Below, one piece after another: positions 45,583-55,367 of a DNA stretch of 64,000 nt. Each line of letters starts with the position of its first letter. Position 1 is the stretch's first letter. Source of the stretch: Sporopachydermia quercuum (lineage: Eukaryota); assembly GCA_001599295.1 (NCBI GenBank), contig BCGN01000004.1:934138-998137 (forward strand). Direction: 5' to 3'. The notes beneath the pieces were generated by a model. The model searched no databases and was not told where the DNA came from. It saw nothing but the letters and a program-made list of their open reading frames with translations. The translations under genes were made by a program, and so were the position numbers.

Positions 45583-47880
45583 TTAGTACTTTTCACGGAA
45601 GTACTTGGCAGCGTCAACCATGTTCTTCAAACTGGCTTCAACTTCAGGCCATCCTCTTGTCTTCAAACCACAATCAGGGTTAACCCAGAAGTTTTCAGCA
45701 GGGTAAACCTTGAGAATTTCTTGAATTCTGTTGATGAATTCTTCCTTGGAAGGAACTCTTGGAGAGTGAATATCAAACAAACCAAGACCAATGTGGTTAG
45801 GATATTCAGAGAATTCTTGAATGTACTTGGGGTCGTCCTTCTTTGAGAATTCAATAGAAACGACATCGGCATCCAAAGCCTTGATGTGGTTAGGATCCAA
45901 ATCAGAGTAACAGAAATGAGAGTGGATTTGGGTCTTGTCTTCAACACCAGAAGTAGCAATTCTGAATGATTCAACAGCGTATTTGACGTAATCTTCTCTC
46001 TCAGCGCCAGCACGTAAAGGTAAACCTTCTCTGATAGCAGGTTCATCGACTTGGATAACATTAATACCAGCAGCTTCCAAATCATTGACTTCTTCTCTTA
46101 GAGCAAGACCTAATTGAAGGGCTTGGACCTTCAAGGAGACGTCATCACGAGGGAAAGACCACCTCAAACAGGTGATAGGACCGGTCAACATACCCTTCAT
46201 TGGCTTGTCAGTGATAGATTGGGCATATTTAGATTCCTTAATGGACATAGGAGCTGGTCTAGAAACGTCACCAACAACGATAGGAGGTCTGACGTATCTG
46301 GAACCATATGATTGAACCCAACCATTGTTGGTGAAAGCGAAACCCTTAAGTTGTTCACCAAAGTATTGAACCATATCGTTACGTTCGGGTTCACCGTGGA
46401 CTAAAACATCTAAACCAACTGATTCTTGGAATCTAACAACCTTTTCAATTTCGGATTCAATGAATTTTTCGTATTCTTCAGCAGTGATTTCACCCTTAGC
46501 GAACTTGTTTCTGTTGACTCTGATATCCTTGGTTTGAGGGAAAGAACCAATAGTTGTGGTAGGGAACAAAGGTAACTTCAAGTGCTTCTTTTGTTCTTCT
46601 AATCTGACAGGGAAAGAAGATTTTCTGGAAGCAAGAGCTTCGTCAATGGATTCCACCTTCTTTTGAACTTCAGCATCGTTGGTGATGGTAGAAGTCTTTC
46701 TAGCTGAGATTGATTTGGCGTTGGCTTCGAGGGCTTCCTTGACGTCTTCTCCAGAAACAGCCTTGGCAATAACGACAACTTCAGTAAGCTTTTGAGTAGC
46801 AAAAGAGAACCAATCCTTTATTTCAGCAGGGAGTTTCTTTTCGTTGGTGAGGTCAACAGGAGTGTGGAGAAGAGAAGAAGATGAGGCAACAATAACTCTG
46901 TCCTTACCCAACTTAGCGATAGCCTTTTCAACGAAAGCAATAGCCTTTGCGAAATCAGTCTTCCAGATGTTTCTACCATCGACAATACCAACAGACAAAA
47001 TTTGTTCTTCAGTCAAAGCATCAGTGACAGCATCAAATTGACCAGGAGCTCTGACAAAATCGTAATGGAAACCCTTGACAGGGAGACCCTTGATGGCGTC
47101 CAAGTTAGGAGTAACATCACCAAAATAAGAGGCAACAATTAATTCAGGGACACCTTCCTGCTTAGACAAGAATTCAAAAGCAGTCTTGTAAGCGGCCTTG
47201 ACGTCTTCAGGTAAGTCCAAAACCAAGATTGGTTCATCAATTTGAACACTCTTGGCACCAGCAGAACCGAGCTTCTTTAATAATTCGGCATAAACAGGTA
47301 ATAATGATTCTAATAAAGAAATAGGTTGCAAATCTAAAGAATCCTTATCGGCTTTACCCAAGTATAAGAAAGAAACAGGACCAACTAAAACAGGTCTAGT
47401 TTCGATTCCTAATTCCTTGGCTTCTAAGTATTCGTCAACTGGTTTAGAACCGTTGAGCTTGAACTCGGTGCTCTTAGAGAAAGTGGGTCTAACATAATGG
47501 TAGTTAGAATCGAACCACTTAACCATTTCCAAGGCGGTGACATCAACAGCAGGCTTAGAATCGGTGGCAGCTCTTTGAAGACCTCTACCCATGGCGAATA
47601 AAACATCAATAGGAGCCAACTCAAACTTGGTATATCTTTCAGGAACAACATTTAACAAATAAGACAAGTCTAAAACTTGATCATAGAAAGAGAAGTCATT
47701 GGAGGCGATAATGTCAACACCAGCTTCCTTTTGCAACTTCCAGTTGTTAGCTCTGATTTCCTTACCAACATTGAAAAGCTCTTCAGAACTGATCTTACCG
47801 TTCCAGTAAGCTTCAGTGTTCTTCTTGAGTTCACGGAAAGCCCCAATTCTTGGGAACCCTAAAATAGAAGATAAAACCAT
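45583..47880 (-). CDS. MET6: Cobalamin-independent methionine synthase
   Basis: Start MVLSSILGFPRIG at ATG 47880. Motifs KWFDSNYHY, HGEPERNDMV, HSHFCYS, WVNPDCGLKTR. Strong high-expression codon bias. Confidence 0.97.
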   Translation of the reverse strand: MVLSSILGFPRIGAFRELKKNTEAYWNGKISSEELFNVGKEIRANNWKLQKEAGVDIIASNDFSFYDQVLDLSYLLNVVPERYTKFELAPIDVLFAMGRGLQRAATDSKPAVDVTALEMVKWFDSNYHYVRPTFSKSTEFKLNGSKPVDEYLEAKELGIETRPVLVGPVSFLYLGKADKDSLDLQPISLLESLLPVYAELLKKLGSAGAKSVQIDEPILVLDLPEDVKAAYKTAFEFLSKQEGVPELIVASYFGDVTPNLDAIKGLPVKGFHYDFVRAPGQFDAVTDALTEEQILSVGIVDGRNIWKTDFAKAIAFVEKAIAKLGKDRVIVASSSSLLHTPVDLTNEKKLPAEIKDWFSFATQKLTEVVVIAKAVSGEDVKEALEANAKSISARKTSTITNDAEVQKKVESIDEALASRKSSFPVRLEEQKKHLKLPLFPTTTIGSFPQTKDIRVNRNKFAKGEITAEEYEKFIESEIEKVVRFQESVGLDVLVHGEPERNDMVQYFGEQLKGFAFTNNGWVQSYGSRYVRPPIVVGDVSRPAPMSIKESKYAQSITDKPMKGMLTGPITCLRWSFPRDDVSLKVQALQLGLALREEVNDLEAAGINVIQVDEPAIREGLPLRAGAEREDYVKYAVESFRIATSGVEDKTQIHSHFCYSDLDPNHIKALDADVVSIEFSKKDDPKYIQEFSEYPNHIGLGLFDIHSPRVPSKEEFINRIQEILKVYPAENFWVNPDCGLKTRGWPEVEASLKNMVDAAKYFREKY

Positions 47881-48206
47881 CTTTGATATGTGTCGATTGC
47901 AGTTTAGCAATTAAAAGACGAATACTAATTATACAATATATTATTACGTACAATTACAGTATGTAGAAAGAAAAACAAAAAATCTTTGTAAGAATCCACC
48001 TCAAGTCGTTGTCCAAAGGTAGTAGTGAAGAAGAAGAAAACAGGATATGGGCGAGATGAAATACTAAATCAGAAATCGATTTAGGACCACACTTGGCTCT
48101 CAATTGGCAGTAGTAAATTTTTCACTTTTTGTTTTTAATTCGACGACGCGAGTGAAAGCAAAGAGGAAAAACTTTTATTTACATGTAAGCAGCTAATACT
48201 ACATGC

Positions 48207-48238
48207 AACTGTGGTTTTTATCCCTTTCGTCACGTGAC
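48207..48238. promoter_or_regulatory. Met31/32-like site (AACTGTGG, 48207-14) next to Cbf1 site (GTCACGTGAC, 48229-38) upstream of MET6
   Basis: This is the classic sulfur-regulon motif pair, ~340 nt upstream of MET6. Further CACGTG sites occur at 48637 and 48657. Confidence 0.8.
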
Positions 48239-49215
48239 TGAGTGAAAGGAGAAACAATCAGGATCAAGATCTGACAAAATATGATGAAAATCTAACAGGA
48301 TGCAATAGAAAACCCATTCAGAATGGTTTAATATATATATTTAGATAGCATAACTGACATATTAATATCTTATTAGTTTGAGATTGATCTGTTTAGAGTG
48401 CAATTGTCACACACATTCAGGTGCGTTAAATGATGAGTATTTCCTCATCCTCAGGCGTCCAACTACAGGTGCTGGAGTATATATATGAGTCCATCAATCA
48501 TGTGTAGTTAATAGTGTTTTGTTTATTTATCAAGATTTTACTCACTCTATACACACGTCATTAAATCAATAAAACGGCTATCATTAGTGCTTAGAAATAG
48601 GAGATTGCAATGAGTAACAAGTTAAGTGAACTTATGCACGTGCACCATGATGATTTCACGTGCAAGGTAGTATTTTGCTTCTTACTTTTTTACCCGGGTC
48701 AGAAACTATCAAAGTTTCTTTTTTGTTCCTGTTTTGATGTATAGTTACGATTATGTAAACGAATATTAATTACAAAGGGTTACTACTTCAAAGCTCATCT
48801 CAGCTTAAGAAATGTATTGATGATGGGGTAACGCGAATAATGCGCGTGTGATGAATTGATGTAAGGAGATTCCGGAGAAATGTTGATCTGTTAGTCAAGA
48901 TTGAGAAAGTGTTATTAACAATCAGATACTTCTGACATTAGTTTGTAAGTAGTAATACGAAATACGAAAGTGAAAAAGGTGGTCGGTAGTTCTGTTTGAC
49001 TACAGCTGTTGATCATCTACCTGAATACAGGCTCTGATATAGGCTTATAGGTTTAAAACCGAAGGATACTACCTCAATCTTTGTGTTGAATATTCATTCT
49101 CATGTCGGTTATAGCTCATCTTAATTGATTTTTGTCTCGTTTGAAAAAGAGCTTCTGGGATTGTCTGCATATCCTTAAAGAGTCTACCAAATAATAGTCA
49201 TCAATTAAGACTCAT

Positions 49216-51720
49216 ATGAATCAATTTACTAGATCAGTATTTTCAATTAAACCATCGATAAGAAGTTATTCAAATTTGGGAATCCATAGAAACAGAAATT
49301 TTGTTTCTTTACTGTTTGACTTGTTCGTACCTTCTAAAAGCATGGCGAAACAACAGACTTTAGCTGCTTTTTTCTCGGGCGTACCTAAACCCAAGAACAC
49401 TTCAAGTAATAGCAACCAATCTACATTAGATGGCGTTAGATCTAAGAACAGTGAATCCAAAAAAGACGTTAGTGATGATAGTGATTTGAGCGGTGTTTCT
49501 AATGATAGTAAAAGAAGGAAGATGAATACAAAAGAAAAGCACTTTGAGGAAAAAATAGTTAAATCTGATGATGTTTCAATCGAGGCAGTCGGTAATAATA
49601 AGATTAAAGTGGATACGGATCCAGAACCTTCTGATGATGAAGTCGAAGTAGAAAAAGCGGTTTCAGAAAATAAAGATTTGGATGAGGCAAAGAAATTGTT
49701 ATCTTTGGAAACAGACAATGCTAGCAAATGCATAGATGAGATAATTGCCAATAGAACAGTATCAATAAAAAGGCTAGATGGCACTGAATTGTCATGGAAA
49801 TCCAACTCTGAGGTACCTTATGCTGCATTGGCTGCTACATTTGAGAAACTCGAATCGACAACAAAAAGGCTACAAATAGTTGAATATACAGCGTCTTTCT
49901 TCCATACGATTTTGAAAACTGCTAAGCCAGAAGCCCTTATTCCAGTAACATACTTATTCATCAATCGACTAGGACCAGACTATGAAGGTTTGGAACTGGG
50001 GTTAGGTGAATCTTTATTAATTAAGGCAATTGCAGAAGGCACAGGAAGATCAACTAATCAAATCAAATTAGATTATCAGAAAATTGGTGATTTGGGTACT
50101 ATTTCTCAGAAATCTAGAATTACTCAACCAACTATGTTTAAGCCGAAACCTTTAACAGTTGATGTGGTTTTCAACAATCTTAAACAAATAGCCATGACCA
50201 CGGGTAATGCCTCACAGTCCAAGAAAGTATCAATTATTAACAGAATGTTAACTGCTTGTGATCCTATTGAGGCCAAGTATTTAGTGAGAAGTTTGGAAGG
50301 TAAGCTACGCATTGGTTTAGCAGAGAAATCTGTACTAATAGCTTTATGTCAGGCATTTATTACTTGGGAAGCAGAAAAAGAAGCAATTGAAAAACATAAG
50401 ACGAAATCAAGAAAGATTTCCCCGGAGGAACTAGTTGCTGGGGAAGAGAAAATTAGAGATGCTTATGCTCAAGTGCCAAACTATGAAATAATTATTAGAG
50501 CTCTTCTTGAATCTGGAATCAAAGAGCTAAATAATAAAGTCGTGTTAACTGAAGGAATTCCATTGAAACCTATGCTTGCCAAACCTACAAAATCTATAAC
50601 AGAGGTTTTAGATAGATTCAAATCTGCGAAATTTACTTGTGAATATAAATATGATGGTGAGCGAGCTCAAGTGCATTTACTGCCTGAAGGTACTGTGAAA
50701 ATCTATTCCCGAAACGGTGAAGATATGTCTCAAAGATATCCTGATATTGCAAACTCTGTTAAAGACTTTGTTGATCCTAATTGTGGGGAGAGTATAACTT
50801 CATTCATTCTTGATGCTGAAGCAGTTGCTTGGGATACTAAGTCAAGGAAGATTTTACCATTTCAAGTACTATCAACAAGAAAACGTAAAGATGTTAATGA
50901 ATCTGATATAACAGTTAATGTGTGTTTATTTGCATTTGATATATTGGCCTGTAACTCAAAATCGTTGCTACGGGAATCACTAGAAGAAAGAAGAAATACT
51001 CTTCACAGGATTTTACATACAGTCGAAGGAAAGTTTGCCTTTGCTACTAGTAGGAATTTTGATACTACGCATGGTGATCCTACTGCCGTTAATGATATGC
51101 AAGTATTCTTGGATGATTCGGTTTCCGATGCTTGTGAAGGTTTAATGGTTAAGATGTTGACTGGTGACGAGTCTTTTTATGAACCATCTAAAAGATCCCG
51201 CAATTGGCTGAAGTTAAAGAAGGATTATCTAGATGGTGTTGGTGACTCTCTTGATCTTGTTGTTTTAGGGGCGTATTATGGTCGTGGAAAACGAACATCG
51301 GTATATGGAGGATTCTTGCTAGGATGTTACAATCCTGATTCTGGATCTTATGAAACTACTTGCAAAATTGGTACAGGGTTCTCTGAAGAGAATCTAAAAC
51401 AATTTCACGATGTTCTGAGTAAAACCGTTATAAATGCTCCAAAGAACTATTATGTTTATGATAGTTCAGCCATGCCGGATGTCTGGTTTCAACCTACCAC
51501 TGTTTGGGAAATTCTAACTGCTGATTTATCTTTAAGTCCTACGTATAAAGCTGGTGCTGAAGTATTTGGTAAAGGTATTAGTTTAAGATTCCCTCGATTT
51601 GTGAGAGTACGAGACGATAAAGCCGCGGAAGATGCAACTACAAGTGAACAGATAATTGAATTCTACAATAGACAAGTGAGTAACTTAAAAGCAGGAGCAG
51701 AAGAAGACTTTAGTGATTAA
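49216..51720 (+). CDS. CDC9: DNA ligase I
   Basis: Adenylation motif EYKYDGERAQ, CEGLMVK, WLKLKKDY, SLRFPRF. PIP box QQTLAAFF follows a second ATG at 49342. Confidence 0.97.
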   Translation: MNQFTRSVFSIKPSIRSYSNLGIHRNRNFVSLLFDLFVPSKSMAKQQTLAAFFSGVPKPKNTSSNSNQSTLDGVRSKNSESKKDVSDDSDLSGVSNDSKRRKMNTKEKHFEEKIVKSDDVSIEAVGNNKIKVDTDPEPSDDEVEVEKAVSENKDLDEAKKLLSLETDNASKCIDEIIANRTVSIKRLDGTELSWKSNSEVPYAALAATFEKLESTTKRLQIVEYTASFFHTILKTAKPEALIPVTYLFINRLGPDYEGLELGLGESLLIKAIAEGTGRSTNQIKLDYQKIGDLGTISQKSRITQPTMFKPKPLTVDVVFNNLKQIAMTTGNASQSKKVSIINRMLTACDPIEAKYLVRSLEGKLRIGLAEKSVLIALCQAFITWEAEKEAIEKHKTKSRKISPEELVAGEEKIRDAYAQVPNYEIIIRALLESGIKELNNKVVLTEGIPLKPMLAKPTKSITEVLDRFKSAKFTCEYKYDGERAQVHLLPEGTVKIYSRNGEDMSQRYPDIANSVKDFVDPNCGESITSFILDAEAVAWDTKSRKILPFQVLSTRKRKDVNESDITVNVCLFAFDILACNSKSLLRESLEERRNTLHRILHTVEGKFAFATSRNFDTTHGDPTAVNDMQVFLDDSVSDACEGLMVKMLTGDESFYEPSKRSRNWLKLKKDYLDGVGDSLDLVVLGAYYGRGKRTSVYGGFLLGCYNPDSGSYETTCKIGTGFSEENLKQFHDVLSKTVINAPKNYYVYDSSAMPDVWFQPTTVWEILTADLSLSPTYKAGAEVFGKGISLRFPRFVRVRDDKAAEDATTSEQIIEFYNRQVSNLKAGAEEDFSD

Positions 51721-52435
51721 ATAAAGTAAAAGGATTCATGGCAGCTCCCCGATCAGAATTCATCTTAATTATATATTATAATGCTATAGTCTCTTGCGAG
51801 GGTAAGATCATTATGGTAGATGTGACACCTGCATAAGATTTCCACTGGTTTATCAATACCAATCAATGTGTTGATACAGACTCTCAAATGTGGTAGATTG
51901 ATGACACGAATTATAACAATCATTATAACTCTTTTATCAATTGTTTCCTATTGATTTTATTCAAAATCTATAACTACCCTAAAGTCACTATTCTAAGCTA
52001 TCGTATCCGTAATTTAGAACCTCGGAAACTATGAATGGCGTCTGCTACAACTCTTGATCCATCCCATCATTGACTAATATTTTTCATGCAGAGGTAAATA
52101 ACGATAAATATAAATATTGAAATCCTTTCGATATACCTTTTTTCATGATTTTCTTTCTAATGATCTGTAATCTCAGATTTTTGGGAGGTACTATATCTCT
52201 TTCTTCATATCAGGAATGTCACAGCTAGAACTTATCTTCTCCGATATGTTCATGATAAGTCTCAACTTTAGTTTTCATAGTGAAAAAATGAAAATATCAT
52301 AAGAATGAAAGTGTTTCTTATTAGTTTTCTTTCATTGATTTGGCAATCAGTTTAATGTTAGGCTCAAATACTGGATAGTAAAGTTCTCGGGTGGTTGATA
52401 TTCACTTCTATGCTAGTTTTTATCCTCTGCCTATA

Positions 52436-53512
52436 ATGTATGCATTAAGGCAGCAATGCAGACGGTACACAGGATCTGTTGTGTCATATGCAAAAAAGGC
52501 ATCGCCAAGTAAGAAAGATACCAAAGCAAAATCAAGTATTAAAGCACGTCTAACGGAATTCCCTGTTATTAGGGGTAGCTATTATGAATCACCAGATCCT
52601 ACGACCTTATTTAGAGCAAAGAATTTCTTTGAAAGTAGCAAGATTGAGCTAGAATGGTCGGTTGATTCTTTCGATAATATTCCGAGCGAAATAATGAAAC
52701 GAGAGTATAAACGATTCATATTAGAAAATGAAGGTACTTATACAACTAAGGAAGAACTTGATGAAGAGTTCAAGAAACGGGTAAGTAAATCTAAATCCAT
52801 GCAGAAGCTTATGAAACGGAATACTGGCAATCCTGTAGATGATTTCCTACCTGAAGTGATCCTTGTAGGAAGATGTAACTCAGGGAAATCGAGTTTGATT
52901 CAAAGGCTGTGTAGAGAAGGCAGTAGTGATAGAATCAACTTGAAACCAAGCAAGAATGCTGGTAGTACTAAAAGATTATCAGCAATCAATATTGGTGGTA
53001 ATTTACGACTTATTGATACTCCTGGTTATGGAATTAAAGGTAAAGAGTCACAGGGGAAGTTTATGTTACAATATTTGCAAGATAGAAAAAATTTTAGAAG
53101 AGCATATTTATTAATAAATCTTCACCATGGAATAAAAGACTCTGACATAATGATGTTGGAAATGTTTAGAAAATTAGGATTACCTTTCTCTATCATTGGA
53201 ACCAAAAGTGATCGTGTTACAGGTTTTGGTCCTAAGATACCAATGATGGCCATCTATAAATATCTCATAGCTCAACCAATTGTTCCTGAAGAGCTAGCAA
53301 CTTTTGAAAATCCTACAGATTTTTTGAAAGATACAGAAAAGGTTCCAAGAGGTGCTGATGCAAATTTAGCTTTCAGTGAGGAGATAATTCAATCAGCTAT
53401 TCCAAAAGATTTATCAATCGGAATAAGACAACTACAGTGGTCTATACTTAACTCATGTGATATTGATTTAAAAAGTAAACCATTGAGAAGAGAGGTCAAG
53501 AAAAAATTATAA
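52436..53512 (+). CDS. Mitochondrial EngB/YihA-family GTPase, Mrx8-like
   Basis: LPEVILVGRCNSGKSS, DTPGYG and TKSD motifs. ATG 52436 gives the Arg-rich presequence MYALRQQCRRY. Confidence 0.8.
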   Translation: MYALRQQCRRYTGSVVSYAKKASPSKKDTKAKSSIKARLTEFPVIRGSYYESPDPTTLFRAKNFFESSKIELEWSVDSFDNIPSEIMKREYKRFILENEGTYTTKEELDEEFKKRVSKSKSMQKLMKRNTGNPVDDFLPEVILVGRCNSGKSSLIQRLCREGSSDRINLKPSKNAGSTKRLSAINIGGNLRLIDTPGYGIKGKESQGKFMLQYLQDRKNFRRAYLLINLHHGIKDSDIMMLEMFRKLGLPFSIIGTKSDRVTGFGPKIPMMAIYKYLIAQPIVPEELATFENPTDFLKDTEKVPRGADANLAFSEEIIQSAIPKDLSIGIRQLQWSILNSCDIDLKSKPLRREVKKKL

Positions 53513-53610
53513 TATAATTGCTATGAAAATAATTTAAAAACCATTTACCAGTATTCTGAAATCTAAGTGCAAAGACTAGAAACCGGAAAGCAAGCTGGTA
53601 TGCAAAACTA

Positions 53611-54016
53611 TTAGTTGATTGACTTCTTGGCTTGTTCAGCGCTTTCCTTTGTTTTTTCAGCAGTCTTTTCAGCGGTTTCCTGTCCAGATTGCTTGAGCTC
53701 TTCAGCAGTTTCTTTGGTCTTATCAGCGGCCTTTTGTCCAGTTTTTTTGAACTCCTCAGCGGCCTTCCTTGCATAATCCTTTGCAGCATCTACTGCATCT
53801 TCAACTCCTCTTTTGACATTTTTCAAGGTTTCTTCTGCTTGACCACCTTTAGTTTGAAGTTGTCTGCTACCGAAAGTTCGGCTTACCTGTTGAAGCTTGT
53901 TAATATTCAACTCATTATCAACCGTCTGTTCATTCCAAACAACTAATCACTTAGAAATCGCATTCACATCATTCATAATAACATACATAAGAAATGGGTT
54001 TGGAAAATCTGTACAT
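53611..54016 (-). CDS. Small LEA-like hydrophilin with putative mitochondrial presequence, 101 aa, 2 exons
   Basis: Exons 54016-53987 and 53886-53611; intron GTATGT..TATTAAC..CAG. Product MYRFSKPISYVSRTFGSRQLQT followed by K/E/A/T-rich ~11-residue repeats. Confidence 0.75.
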
Positions 54017-54970
54017 ATTAGATTAACGATCAAATTTAGTAATGAACTTTTAATGAAATAATATAATCAACATCAAATGAGTGATCAATTTTCTGCAAAA
54101 CAGCTGTAGTAGTAGTAAGTAGTGGCTCTTGATAATATCTCTCTTGACAATGAACAGCTAAGCTTATAACTCTAGCACTATAAATCATTCTTGAACAATT
54201 TCCAACAATGCTAGAATCAGAATTGCTACTTTACCGTTATTATATATAAAGCATATTGATCCGAGAATAGTCATTTTCTATTCTTTGATCCTCATTAGTA
54301 GTGTAAAAAAAACCAATTACATCATCTTCTTCATTACCTCATCAAATCTTATTTCATCACATCATAGCACCTNTGGGATGAATGATGAGGTGAATTATCC
54401 ATTAAGAGTAATAAATAAAGGTTTTAAATTTAACAATACAATGATTCAATTAATTTCGTATTTATACACAGAATGAAATAGATTATTGAGCATTCTATGC
54501 TCATATTAGACATAATATGGAACTAGCATAAAGGTGGGCTCTTAAGCAGTTGAAGAATCGCTACCACAATGTGAAAGCCTAGAAGGGAATTAACTGATTA
54601 CGACATAAATCAAATTTCAATTCATGTAATATGTAAAGTAATTAATACAAATGAATAAACACATACATTTATAATATTTCGTTATAATCTCGTTAGGCAT
54701 AAAGACATAAATAAAACAATGATATAAACAGGAAGATAAAGACAAATAAAAAAATAAATGAGAAAAAAAGTGACATGACATGACAATTATGATTGTTTAA
54801 GAAAGATGAAAGGGAATTCAAATGAAATCACACGTACACGCGCGCGGACACGCCCATGCACGACAATCATGTGAAATATAGAGTAATTGCTGTTTGATGA
54901 AGTAACAACGCCTGCAAGATAAATAATTGAGTTTCTCTCATAAAGGAGAAAAGAAATAGTACAGAAGTTT

Positions 54971-55010
54971 AAAGAAAGAATAGCAGTTAAAAGAAAGAAT
55001 AGCAGTTAAA
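54971..55010 (+). repeat. Direct 19-nt duplication AAAGAAAGAATAGCAGTTA x2, downstream of PIN4
   Basis: Read directly from the sequence. Confidence 0.8.
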
Positions 55011-55367
55011 GTCAGGAAACATGAAAACTATTTGATTCTCAAATGGTAGTACTGACTGAAAGATTAGATGACATAATAAATGGTTTAAAAATGATCACAC
55101 CAGATCAAATCAAATGCTTATCTGTCAAAATCCAACAACCAGTATAAAACCCTGAATTCATTATTCTACTTGTTTTAGATATAGAAAGTCATGAGCAACA
55201 GAGCATAAAGCAGATGGTAATGAATTCATCTTCTTTTTTGTTGTGTTCCCCATTCATAGATTTAAGGAATCACCAAACATGACGTTCTAGATATAAAAAC
55301 AAGTTGGATCAGTCATAAACATTTCTCATACGAATGAATTCAAGCTCATTATCCTTGTAATAATTCC

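Noticed and set aside
45663..47862. Overlapping alternative-frame and antisense ORFs in MET6 (also in CDC9, NOT4, ATG16 and others)
   Set aside because: Expected shadows of codon bias and low-complexity coding sequence.
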